This document shows positions 9,257 to 17,714 of a stretch of DNA of 64,000 nucleotides, in pieces; within the stretch, counting starts at the first letter, position 1; each line of letters starts with the position of its first letter. This stretch comes from SAR324 cluster bacterium (GTDB lineage Bacteria; SAR324; XYD2-FULL-50-16; HCM1): positions 87,653 to 151,652 of the forward strand of contig PUHO01000012.1 in the NCBI GenBank assembly GCA_002995645.1, in the 5' to 3' direction. Under the pieces are notes generated by a model. It was not told where the DNA came from, did no database searches, and saw only the letters and a list, made by a program, of their open reading frames with translations. Made by a program: the position numbers and the translations under genes.

Positions 9257-9870
9257 AATTCATCACATTCTTTACAATGTATGAGTTTAGGGCACGCTGT
9301 TTTATGACATTGTGTTTGTATGTTTTGGCTAAGACGGAGTAGCCCTCTTTCCATATGTGCCGAACGCGATCCTTTAAATGCAAAAGCCGTATTTGCCGTG
9401 GCGAGTGCTGTTAGTTTTGTAAAGAGTGTTGCCAAGTCTTTAATATAGCTTACTTTTGTGTTAGTTAGCTTAGCTTGTAATATGGGATAAAGCCATTGCC
9501 CACTTTCCCCGGTTACAATTACTTCGTTTAACATGGCAAACGAACGGGAAGTCCTATTACCAAGAAAAAGAATTGTATATTACAAACTAAAATTCATCAC
9601 ATTCTTTACAATGTATGAGTTTAGGGCACGCTGTTTTATGGCATTGTGTTTGTATGTTTTGGCTAAGAAGGAGTAGCCCTCTTTCCATATGTGCCGAACG
9701 CGATCCTTTAAATGCAAAAGCCGTATTTGCTGTGGCGAGTGTTGTTAGTTTTGTAAAGAGTGTTGCTAAGTCTTTAATATAGCTTACTTTTGTGTTAGTT
9801 AGCTTAGCTTGTAATATGGGATAAAGCCATTGCCCACTTTCCCCGGTTACAATTACTTCGTCTATTCCTT
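9190..9870. repeat. Near-identical tandem direct duplication (2 x ~340 bp) spanning the fixH 3' end and the murF 3' end
   Basis: 9190-9534 matches 9531-9870 with only about 6 substitutions. Each copy carries the last ~20 codons of fixH (+ strand) and the last ~84 codons of murF (- strand). Confidence 0.85.
9253..9534 (-). pseudogene. Duplicated MurF C-terminal fragment (93-aa chimeric ORF)
   Basis: The protein is identical to MurF residues ~390-477 (VIVTGESGQWLYPILQAKLTNTK…CKECDEF) except 2 substitutions, with a new MLNE N-terminus. It lies inside duplication copy 1. Confidence 0.7.
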
Positions 9871-11020
9871 GTGTAAACGATTCGGCAATAAACGGCGCTG
9901 AGTTGGTTAACTTCTCTTCTAGTTCGGCTAAATTACCAATAACATATACTTTTTTTTCATAATCTAAGTTAGCAAGGTGTTGTGCTGTTGCTAAAACAGA
10001 TTCCGGATTGGCGTTGTAACATTCGTCTAGTAAAAACGTTTGGTTTATTCCTGTTAGGTAAGCACCGCGACCACGTAGTAAAGGCAAGGTTGTTAATCTT
10101 TGTTGCAATTTGTTTAGGTCTAATGATAATTGATCGCAGACACTTAAGCTTGCACAAATAAGAGAACCTATTACCGGGTTGAGTGAACGTATATTTGCTG
10201 TTAGTTTTGTTTTATTTGGAAAAGTAAAGCTTAACGTTTGCGTTTTATTTTGTTTATCTTGCTTTTCTATTTTCCATTGGTAGCCGCATTCGGTTGTATT
10301 GCCGAATTGTTGATATTTTGTATTACTTAATCGTTTTTGAATTTGCTCGTCATAAGGGACAAGTAAAGTGTCTGTTTCTTTAGCTTGTTCAAATAATTCT
10401 AGTTTAGCACTATAGGTATTTTCTAAAGAGCCAAATTTAGCAACATGAGCGTGTCCTACGTTCAAAACAATTCGTATTGATGCCGGAATCAATTTAGTTA
10501 GTAATGCCAGATCGCCTATGTGAGAAGCTCCCATTTCTAGCAGTGCCACTTCATGAGACGAGTCTAAGTTAAGCATAGTAACAGGGCAACCTATTTCATT
10601 ATTAAAGTTTCCTTTTGTTGCTAGGCAACGTTTTTGATCGCTAAGTAAATGAACTAGCGTTTCTTTTACTGTTGTTTTGCCATTAGATCCGGTAATAGCA
10701 ATAATAGGGATTGTTGTTTGCGTTGCTAAAAAGTGGCTGATTTGTTGCAGTGCGGCAAGCGCGTTTCCTACTTTCAAAATAGCTACGTTTTCCAAGTCGC
10801 CGTTAAAATCTTCGTCTATAACAAGTAATTTAACAGACGATCCGTTTAATTGAGAGAGAAAAGGCGTCACATTTTTAAAAGCAAAAAATATATCTTCCTT
10901 ATCTAGTTTGCGCGTGTCAAAAGCAGCGCCTTGCAATTTTTCTTGTAAATTAGACGGTGTTTTTAGCCATGTTCCTTTAGTGACTTCGGCAATGGTTTCA
11001 AAAGATAAAATTTTACTCAT
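9587..11020 (-). CDS. murF: UDP-MurNAc-tripeptide--D-Ala-D-Ala ligase (MurF) with a Cys-rich C-terminal tail
   Basis: P-loop IAITGSNGKTTVKE, Mur-ligase motifs (LDECYNANPES, KGSRS). The extra tail reads CHKTACPKLIHCKECDEF. Confidence 0.8.
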   Translation of the reverse strand: MSKILSFETIAEVTKGTWLKTPSNLQEKLQGAAFDTRKLDKEDIFFAFKNVTPFLSQLNGSSVKLLVIDEDFNGDLENVAILKVGNALAALQQISHFLATQTTIPIIAITGSNGKTTVKETLVHLLSDQKRCLATKGNFNNEIGCPVTMLNLDSSHEVALLEMGASHIGDLALLTKLIPASIRIVLNVGHAHVAKFGSLENTYSAKLELFEQAKETDTLLVPYDEQIQKRLSNTKYQQFGNTTECGYQWKIEKQDKQNKTQTLSFTFPNKTKLTANIRSLNPVIGSLICASLSVCDQLSLDLNKLQQRLTTLPLLRGRGAYLTGINQTFLLDECYNANPESVLATAQHLANLDYEKKVYVIGNLAELEEKLTNSAPFIAESFTQGIDEVIVTGESGQWLYPILQAKLTNTKVSYIKDLATLFTKLTTLATANTAFAFKGSRSAHMERGLLLLSQNIQTQCHKTACPKLIHCKECDEF

Positions 11021-11049
11021 AGTATGCTAAAAATAGAACTGTATTTATA

Positions 11050-12756
11050 TTATTTTGCAAAAACTGTATTTTCCCAATCATGAAATTGTTTGAATGCATA
11101 TAAGATCGTCTTTTTTTCTTGTGTTTGCGAAATTGTTTTATTACTCTTTAAAGTAATTGGATCCCACAATGCTAACGGCGTAATTTCAAGTTGATAACTT
11201 TTGTTAAACCAAAATAACGTTCTTTTTGTATAAGCAAAATTTGTATTTTTATGATCAAGCCACGAAATTTGCGCTGAAGGGATCTTAGGTCCGCCAACTA
11301 AAGTAAGAAAAGAAGGGAGAAATTGCCAGTGAGAAGTAATTCTTTTTGTTGCTAAATAGCCACTAATACAAAAAGAGCAACGAACAACAAACGGAACTTG
11401 TAAATCAGTTAACTTAGAAGGTGAGTTCGTTTGATTTCCTGCTGTTAATCCAATCAGACTATTATTAGCGTAGCCAAGCGTTTCCATTGAGATGATAATT
11501 TTCCCCCACGTTTTATCTAGACGTAAGTACTGTTGTTGTATATCTTTAGGTTGTTTTTTTTGATTGTAATAAGCTACTAAAAATAAAGATTTATTTTGTT
11601 TTTTGTGCTTTAAGATATGAATGATTTTTTCTGATAGTTGCTTATTTGCGCTCCAAGAGGATTGCGTGCTAGCAACTTGTATATATTTATTAATAGGTAA
11701 ATCTTTGTGCAAAGCTAGCGAGCTAAGAATGCGTACGTCATAATTATTTTGTATTAACCAATCGCGTATAGGAAGCGAGCTAGAAGGCGAAATAAACGGA
11801 ACGGAAAATAATAGGTCGTTAAGTGCCTGTTCGGAATCGTGGTTAGAAGTATAGTGATGTAAAAGGTGTTGCCAGTTGTTCGTTAGTTGTGTAACTAAAG
11901 GCATGTTTTGATTTGTAAGAGGGATAGACGCTTGATCGGCTATTAATAAAATAATATTCGGCGGATTTGTTGTTTTCATTACTGTGCCGGTTGAGCTTGT
12001 TAAAATGCGTTGCTCTGTATTAGGTAAGTAATTATATAACGCGTTTTGCTTAGCACAGGTATCGCTATTATTATGGCACGGAAAATGAAAAGGGCTTGTA
12101 ATTAAAAAAGGAAGCCGCATTTTAGCTTGTAAAATAGCGGGGTTTTGTTGCGAAATAAACCACTCAAATAAAGAAAGGTGGATAATAAAAATAAGCGTGC
12201 AAGAACTAACGTAAAAAAGAATAGAAGATAATAAAACGCGTTGTAAATTAAAAGGAAGATTTTTTTTATAAATACCGGTATAGGCTTTGATAATAGCAAG
12301 CACGCCCCAAATAAGAATAACTAAAACAACGTAAAGAACCCAAAAGCCGGTTGAGAGTTGTAAGCTAAGCAGGTCTCGCCAATTCCAAAGGAAGTGCAGA
12401 GCATATACGTGCATTTGTATATGAAACATGGTAAAAAGCCGATATGCAATCATACCCCATAAAACGCATATAAAAATACTTAGATAGTATAATATAGCAC
12501 TAAGCCACGACATGAGACTGTGATATATAATTAAAACAATAGCAAGCGCAAGAAAAAATAAAATAGCCGTATTCACAAGCGTAGTGAAAAGAATATAGAT
12601 AGCTTGCAGTATAGACGCGTCACCTATGCTTAAAAAGTAATAGTAAAGGTTATATATTAAAAACAAAGAAAATGCGAATACAAGCCGCATGAAGACAGAA
12701 TAAGAGTATTTTTTTTTAGCAATTGTATTTTTAGTGTTAAAAGTAACGGCAGACAT
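11050..12756 (-). CDS. Membrane-anchored alkaline-phosphatase-superfamily enzyme (sulfatase / LtaS / phosphoethanolamine-transferase-like)
   Basis: N-terminal half has multiple TM helices. The C-terminal domain begins with the sulfatase-type motif PPNIILLIADQAS. Confidence 0.5.
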   Translation of the reverse strand: MSAVTFNTKNTIAKKKYSYSVFMRLVFAFSLFLIYNLYYYFLSIGDASILQAIYILFTTLVNTAILFFLALAIVLIIYHSLMSWLSAILYYLSIFICVLWGMIAYRLFTMFHIQMHVYALHFLWNWRDLLSLQLSTGFWVLYVVLVILIWGVLAIIKAYTGIYKKNLPFNLQRVLLSSILFYVSSCTLIFIIHLSLFEWFISQQNPAILQAKMRLPFLITSPFHFPCHNNSDTCAKQNALYNYLPNTEQRILTSSTGTVMKTTNPPNIILLIADQASIPLTNQNMPLVTQLTNNWQHLLHHYTSNHDSEQALNDLLFSVPFISPSSSLPIRDWLIQNNYDVRILSSLALHKDLPINKYIQVASTQSSWSANKQLSEKIIHILKHKKQNKSLFLVAYYNQKKQPKDIQQQYLRLDKTWGKIIISMETLGYANNSLIGLTAGNQTNSPSKLTDLQVPFVVRCSFCISGYLATKRITSHWQFLPSFLTLVGGPKIPSAQISWLDHKNTNFAYTKRTLFWFNKSYQLEITPLALWDPITLKSNKTISQTQEKKTILYAFKQFHDWENTVFAK

Positions 12757-12776
12757 AAACTAGGCGGTGTATAGAG

Positions 12777-13931
12777 TTAGATTTTTTTAAGTTTAAATAA
12801 TTGTAACAGAGAAAGATTGCGTGTAATACATAAATAATTAATAACACTAAATCCTATGGACGGAATAAGTGATATAAAAAAGAGAAAACCATAATAGCTA
12901 GGTGGCTGTGTTTCATAAATACTATCACAATAAGAGCGAATCATAGTATAAATTAAGAAAAAGATCCATATAGAAGCAATAAGGAGTAATAACTTTTTGT
13001 TTTTGTTCTTTTCCATACGTGGATTTGTAATGCCAAGTAAAGAAGCGAAAATACCAAGAGATATTAACGCAAGAACAGTGGTAAGCCGCGCAAAAATAGT
13101 ATAGACGTAAAGAAAGCGATTTTGCGGTTCTTGATTATGAATAATATACCTTGCCAGATCGTTTAAAGAGCTATATCTAGCGTCTGTATTCTTACTTGTC
13201 GTGTCAATTTCTAATAAAGGGATTTGGTATAGAAGGGAATCAAAACTAACTAGGTTAAGCGTTTTGAAGCGATCTAGTAATTGATATAGCGATCCTTTTT
13301 CTAGTGTAATAGCAAAGAGACGTTCTTTTTTATTAACCATAAGCGATCCTTGCTTTGCTTCTATAATAGGATTAGATAAAGGGTCGATCCAGTTTGCAAT
13401 AATAAGATTTTGTAAAGAGTTGTCAGTTTTTCCTTTAACAAAAACCATATTTGTTTGAAAAACGTTATTAATTTTATTGTTTTCAAATTTAAGAGAAACT
13501 GAGCTAGTAATAAGCTTATTTTTTAATTGTGTTAATCCAACGTTAGCTTTAGGTGCAAGATAAAAATTTTGCAGGAATAAAAAAGTTCCGGTAACTAAAG
13601 AAAACAAGAAAGCCGCTTTAATAACAGTGATAATAGAAGCGCCGCTAGTTAACATAGAAATAATTTCACTATCGGAGGAAAGGCGACTTATGCCAAGATA
13701 TATAGCAAGAGGACTACATAATAAAGTAATAGATCGCCAAACAGGAGGCAACATATAGGCAGTTGCAGTAAAGAGAATCCGCCACGGTGAATCAATAGCT
13801 TTTAAATTAGGCAAAAAACGGTAAATTTGTGTTAACGCTAAAAGAAGCGTGATCACCATAAAAGCTAAGAGAAAAGGGAAAATAAATTCTTTAAAAATAT
13901 AGGCTATTAACATAGATTTTATATATAGCAA
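12777..13931 (-). CDS. LptF/LptG family LPS export permease (YjgP/YjgQ)
   Basis: 384 aa: an N-terminal TM bundle, a central periplasmic beta-rich domain and C-terminal TM helices, with the LptF/G-like start MLYIKSMLIAYIFKEF. Confidence 0.6.
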   Translation of the reverse strand: MLYIKSMLIAYIFKEFIFPFLLAFMVITLLLALTQIYRFLPNLKAIDSPWRILFTATAYMLPPVWRSITLLCSPLAIYLGISRLSSDSEIISMLTSGASIITVIKAAFLFSLVTGTFLFLQNFYLAPKANVGLTQLKNKLITSSVSLKFENNKINNVFQTNMVFVKGKTDNSLQNLIIANWIDPLSNPIIEAKQGSLMVNKKERLFAITLEKGSLYQLLDRFKTLNLVSFDSLLYQIPLLEIDTTSKNTDARYSSLNDLARYIIHNQEPQNRFLYVYTIFARLTTVLALISLGIFASLLGITNPRMEKNKNKKLLLLIASIWIFFLIYTMIRSYCDSIYETQPPSYYGFLFFISLIPSIGFSVINYLCITRNLSLLQLFKLKKI

Positions 13932-13961
13932 TAAATACGTAGTAAAAAATTTTTAATTATA

Positions 13962-14258
13962 TTAAGAGTTTAGTTTTCTTTTTCTTTCTAAACAAGCTTG
14001 TTGTTTTGCTTCTTTAAGGGTGTCGGCAAAAATAAAGCCTTGAAATTTGGAAGTTAAAATATAATATTCACGTAATCCTACTTTTTTAATAATCACTTCT
14101 TCAAATAAAGGTTTAAAACAAGTGGCGCGCCATATATTCGCTTTAATTTTACGCATAGGTTGATCGGCATATAGTGAAGAGCTATATACAAGAGCAAGGG
14201 ATATGATTCCAATATAAAAAACTAAGTATTTTGTGCTAGAGAAGAATGCCATGTACAA
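13962..14258 (-). CDS. Hypothetical small signal-peptide protein
   Basis: 98-aa ORF with an N-terminal hydrophobic segment. No recognisable motif. Confidence 0.3.
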   Translation of the reverse strand: MYMAFFSSTKYLVFYIGIISLALVYSSSLYADQPMRKIKANIWRATCFKPLFEEVIIKKVGLREYYILTSKFQGFIFADTLKEAKQQACLERKRKLNS

Positions 14259-15265
14259 ATAGATTGAAAAATAAAGTCCGGCGTAATGCGATTAAGGCAA
14301 GCATAGGTGTCTGGATCTTTTAATTTACAAGGTATTTTACCATGATGACTACAAGGTCGGCAAGGTAAATTGGTGGAGAAAATACGACTAGAAGGTAAAA
14401 AGGGGCTGAACCCCATGTTTTTAGTAGGTCCAAAGATAGTAAAGCAAGGAGTCCCCACTGCTTCGGAACAATGAGTTATTGCCGAATCATTGCAAACAGT
14501 GAGTAATGCATTTTGCAAAAAAGCCGCTGTTTGCATAATACTTAATTTACCGGCAAGGTTAGTAGAAATAGCTTTTGTTTTTTCATGTATACGAAAGGTT
14601 GGCACATCGCTTTGCCCACCAACAAGATACGGTTGGTATCCGGCTTTTGCAAGCATGTGGATTAAGCTAACAAAATAATCTTCATGCCAACACTTAGGCA
14701 TATGCGCTGCACCAGGCGCTAAAGCAATGATTGGTTTTGTTGTATTTACCATTAATTTATTAATTAAGTCTTGATCTTGCGAAGAAGGAAATAATTCAGT
14801 GTAGCTTGCTAAAAGTTTTTTTGATTTTAATAAAGCAAGGTAAGTTTCCCTTCTTGGCGGTATTTTGTTATCTGAAAACAGATGCCATTTAACTTGTGCC
14901 ATACGAAGTAAAGAAAAGCGGTTTAGTTTTCTGATTTGTGGCACTGTGTTAAAAAGAGGAGCAAGCTTCCATGTAATTAAGTTAGATCGTAGCGAGTTAT
15001 GTGCGTCTAGTACAAGGTCGTATTGATTCTTTTTTAATTGTTTAACAATTTGGGTAAAGCTAGTTTGACTTGCTTTTTCTAGTCTGTAAATGGTATTAAT
15101 ATAGGGACTATTTTCGTGTACTTGCCAGTGAGTGGATAAAGTAAGAAAATCAATTCTTGCTGAAGGATACATTCTTCTTGCTTCTCGAAATAAAGGAGAT
15201 AGCAAGATAATATCACCAAGAGCGGAAAAACGTATAATTAATATTGATTGTATAGATTTTAACAT
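14222..15265 (-). CDS. ADP-heptose:LPS heptosyltransferase (glycosyltransferase family 9)
   Basis: GT9 N-terminal signature ILIIRFSALGDIILLSPLFREA. The start is chosen at the internal Met (MLKSIQSILIIR); the longer ORF-track form overlaps the divergent gene. Confidence 0.75.
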   Translation of the reverse strand: MLKSIQSILIIRFSALGDIILLSPLFREARRMYPSARIDFLTLSTHWQVHENSPYINTIYRLEKASQTSFTQIVKQLKKNQYDLVLDAHNSLRSNLITWKLAPLFNTVPQIRKLNRFSLLRMAQVKWHLFSDNKIPPRRETYLALLKSKKLLASYTELFPSSQDQDLINKLMVNTTKPIIALAPGAAHMPKCWHEDYFVSLIHMLAKAGYQPYLVGGQSDVPTFRIHEKTKAISTNLAGKLSIMQTAAFLQNALLTVCNDSAITHCSEAVGTPCFTIFGPTKNMGFSPFLPSSRIFSTNLPCRPCSHHGKIPCKLKDPDTYACLNRITPDFIFQSICTWHSSLAQNT

Positions 15266-16319
15266 GGCTATTTTTTTACGTAAAATTAAAACGCCCCCTA
15301 ATAGAATTTTATTAGTACGCCCTGATGCGCTTGGCGACTTATTGCAAACTTTACCGGCAATAGAAGCGCTTAGCAAACAAATCCACGCCCATGTTGCGGT
15401 GTTAATTCATTCTAGGAACGTTTCCCTTTTAGAAGCAAATAGTGCCGTTAATCAAATTATTACTTGGGATTGCCCAGTTGCAAAAAACGAGATTATACAA
15501 GGTAAGTTTGACGTTGTATTAAGTTTTTACTCTTCTTTTCCTTTGCCGACAACTATTAAAAAAGCACTACGTACGATTCCAAAACGGATTGGCGCTATTA
15601 AAAACTTAGCTATGTTACGTCAGTGGAATTATCCGGTTTTACAAAGTCGTTCTATGAACTTAAAAAATGAAGCTTTGTATAATGCAGAATTACTTAATGC
15701 TTTTACCTTTATTTTTGATATTAGTATAAAGAAACCGCGTCTAATTTGGCAAGCAGGAGAACTTGAAAAACAAAAAGAAAAATTTCCTTTTTTAGAGAAA
15801 AAAGTATTTACAATTGTAATGCATTATAGATTTGCCGGATCTTCGCCAACATGGCTAAAACAACAATATGCCGATACAGTGTATAAACTTTTATTAGACG
15901 GGAATAGAGTTGTGCTTGTTGGTTTTTTAGAAGAAGAACAACAGTGGCATGCTGAACTTAAATTAAAATATGAAAAACATTTTCCTGAACAGATAGTAGA
16001 TTTAACAAGTAAATTAAAGTTAAGAGAGCTTGCTTCGTTAATGCACTTTAGTCAGCTGTATATTGGTTCGTCTACTGGACCAACACACCTTGCCGCTAGT
16101 GTGGGTACGCCAATTATAGGGATATATTCGCCTTTACATGTTACAACAGAAATAAGATGGGCGCCGTATTTATATGAAGGAACTATTTTTAGCCCTACCG
16201 TTCCTTGTAAACCAAAATATAAGTGCGCCGGTGAAGCTTGTCCGTATTATTATTGTATGAAGTTAATTACCGCAGAACAGGTTAGACAAGCTGTGCAAAA
16301 GAGAAAGAAGGTTGGCTAG
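15264..16319 (+). CDS. ADP-heptose:LPS heptosyltransferase (glycosyltransferase family 9)
   Basis: GT9 signature ILLVRPDALGDLLQTLPAIEAL. The start is chosen at Met45 of the ORF-track protein (MAIFLRKIK…). The ATG at 15264-15266 overlaps the divergent gene's start on a CATG. Confidence 0.75.
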   Translation: MAIFLRKIKTPPNRILLVRPDALGDLLQTLPAIEALSKQIHAHVAVLIHSRNVSLLEANSAVNQIITWDCPVAKNEIIQGKFDVVLSFYSSFPLPTTIKKALRTIPKRIGAIKNLAMLRQWNYPVLQSRSMNLKNEALYNAELLNAFTFIFDISIKKPRLIWQAGELEKQKEKFPFLEKKVFTIVMHYRFAGSSPTWLKQQYADTVYKLLLDGNRVVLVGFLEEEQQWHAELKLKYEKHFPEQIVDLTSKLKLRELASLMHFSQLYIGSSTGPTHLAASVGTPIIGIYSPLHVTTEIRWAPYLYEGTIFSPTVPCKPKYKCAGEACPYYYCMKLITAEQVRQAVQKRKKVG

Positions 16320-17547
16320 GTTATATTTTTTTAACTTTGATTGTGAAGCGGTTTTGCAAGGCAAGGCAGTTTTAACAAACAAAACGCCAAAAGATAGCTG
16401 GCACTTTTTAATTCATGCTTCTGTTTTGCTTTTACCTTTATGTACAAAAGAAGACTCGCTTATTGTTAAAACCAAGCCCGGCGCCTTTTGGTTAGATTAT
16501 TGGCAAGCATTGCTTGGCGAGCTCCCATATATATGGGATAGTGATTCGCAAGCGGTTTCCTATACGCCGTTAAGTATTCTACGTTGTCAAAAGCAAATAG
16601 AAACAAAAGAAAAGCAATATATTCCTTGTTTGTGGGGGTGGGTTCCTAGTTTAATAGAAGCGCTAAGATATACGAAAATGCTAATACAAAAGGAAAACCT
16701 GCAAGCTCTTTATTCTAAGCTATACAGCAATGAATTAAGAAATCATTTTTTCCCGCCAGCTTTTCGGATTCCATCTAGGACCTTAACGTCCGATTTAAAA
16801 ACAGAACAAATCCAAGCCGAAATAAAGCAGTTTGCCAAGGAACAACAAGGGTTTTTTGTTAAACATGCTTACGGTGTGTCAGGACGTTTTTTAGCAAAAG
16901 AAAAGGAGATTTTATTAAACCAGGACAAAATAGAGCGATATAGCACTTGGGCAAAGCAAAGTGGTATTTTGCTAGAAAAACAGCTACAAGGGAAGGATTG
17001 GAGCGTACAATTTACGATTACAGAAGAAGGGCAAATTATATACGAAGGATGTCTTGCAAATTATCTAGAGACAACCGCGTATAAAGGTTCTTTTATCGTG
17101 GAAAACATGCCTTCTTTTATAACAAAAATTGTCCCCTTTTTAAACAGGATACTAAAACGAATTAAAGAGCAAGGTTATATTGGCGCTATTGGGTTTGATT
17201 TATTGCTTACAGAGGAAAGAGCTTATTTAATTGAAATCAATCCACGTTACACAATGGGACGCCTAGCTTTAGCATGGCATGAGAAATTAAAAAAAACGAT
17301 TTGTTTAGATAAGCAACAAGAAACGCAATTATTTTTACTTCATACGTTTACTTGTTCGCAAGAAATTACAAATGTGCATTTAAAGAAAATTATAAATACA
17401 TTAGCAAGCAGAAATATTTTTCTTTTACATATGTTACAATATAAAAATAAATGCTTTTTAAGTATATGGATAGTTGGAAAAGAGCAAGAAGAAGTAGCAA
17501 ATTGTTTAAGTGAAATAGAAAAAATAGTACGTTCTATTATATTGTAA
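16312..17547 (+). CDS. ATP-grasp domain protein
   Basis: ATP-grasp core (GFFVKHAYGVSGR…, GAIGFDLLLTEERAYLIEINPRYTMG). Start overlaps the upstream GT9 stop. Confidence 0.55.
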   Translation: MARLYFFNFDCEAVLQGKAVLTNKTPKDSWHFLIHASVLLLPLCTKEDSLIVKTKPGAFWLDYWQALLGELPYIWDSDSQAVSYTPLSILRCQKQIETKEKQYIPCLWGWVPSLIEALRYTKMLIQKENLQALYSKLYSNELRNHFFPPAFRIPSRTLTSDLKTEQIQAEIKQFAKEQQGFFVKHAYGVSGRFLAKEKEILLNQDKIERYSTWAKQSGILLEKQLQGKDWSVQFTITEEGQIIYEGCLANYLETTAYKGSFIVENMPSFITKIVPFLNRILKRIKEQGYIGAIGFDLLLTEERAYLIEINPRYTMGRLALAWHEKLKKTICLDKQQETQLFLLHTFTCSQEITNVHLKKIINTLASRNIFLLHMLQYKNKCFLSIWIVGKEQEEVANCLSEIEKIVRSIIL

Positions 17548-17609
17548 TTATTGATAAATAAAAGTTGACACAAGGGGAAACCTTGTAAGTATACGAGTTT
17601 GCGGAACGT

Positions 17610-17638
17610 TTGACATGAATAAATAATTAACATATAGT
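17610..17638 (+). promoter_or_regulatory. Candidate sigma70-type promoter for nrdJ (TTGACA-17-TATAGT)
   Basis: TTGACA at 17610-17615, a 17-nt spacer, TATAGT at 17633-17638, about 75 nt upstream of the nrdJ ATG. Confidence 0.3.
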
Positions 17639-17714
17639 TTAAAAACGACTTTTATTCAAAATAGAATAAAAAGTATCTGAATTATCTTACTTACCAAATT
17701 ATTATATATTAAAA

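Noticed and set aside
9190-9870. Diversity-generating retroelement (template repeat/variable repeat at a gene 3' end)
   Set aside because: The differences between the copies are a mixture of transitions and transversions, not adenine-specific. No reverse transcriptase gene is nearby. Both strands' gene ends are duplicated, which points to plain segmental duplication.
14222-16319. Long overlapping forms of the two divergent GT9 ORFs (384 and 395 aa)
   Set aside because: GT9 proteins begin right at the M…ILIIR..ALGD motif. The internal Mets give this canonical N-terminus and remove a ~110-bp antisense overlap. The long forms add non-conserved extensions.
17548-17714. Cobalamin riboswitch upstream of nrdJ
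   Set aside because: The 167-nt leader is too short. It lacks a B12-box-like GCCACTG element and the multi-stem architecture. Only a sigma70-like promoter and a short CAAGG/CCTTG hairpin are visible.
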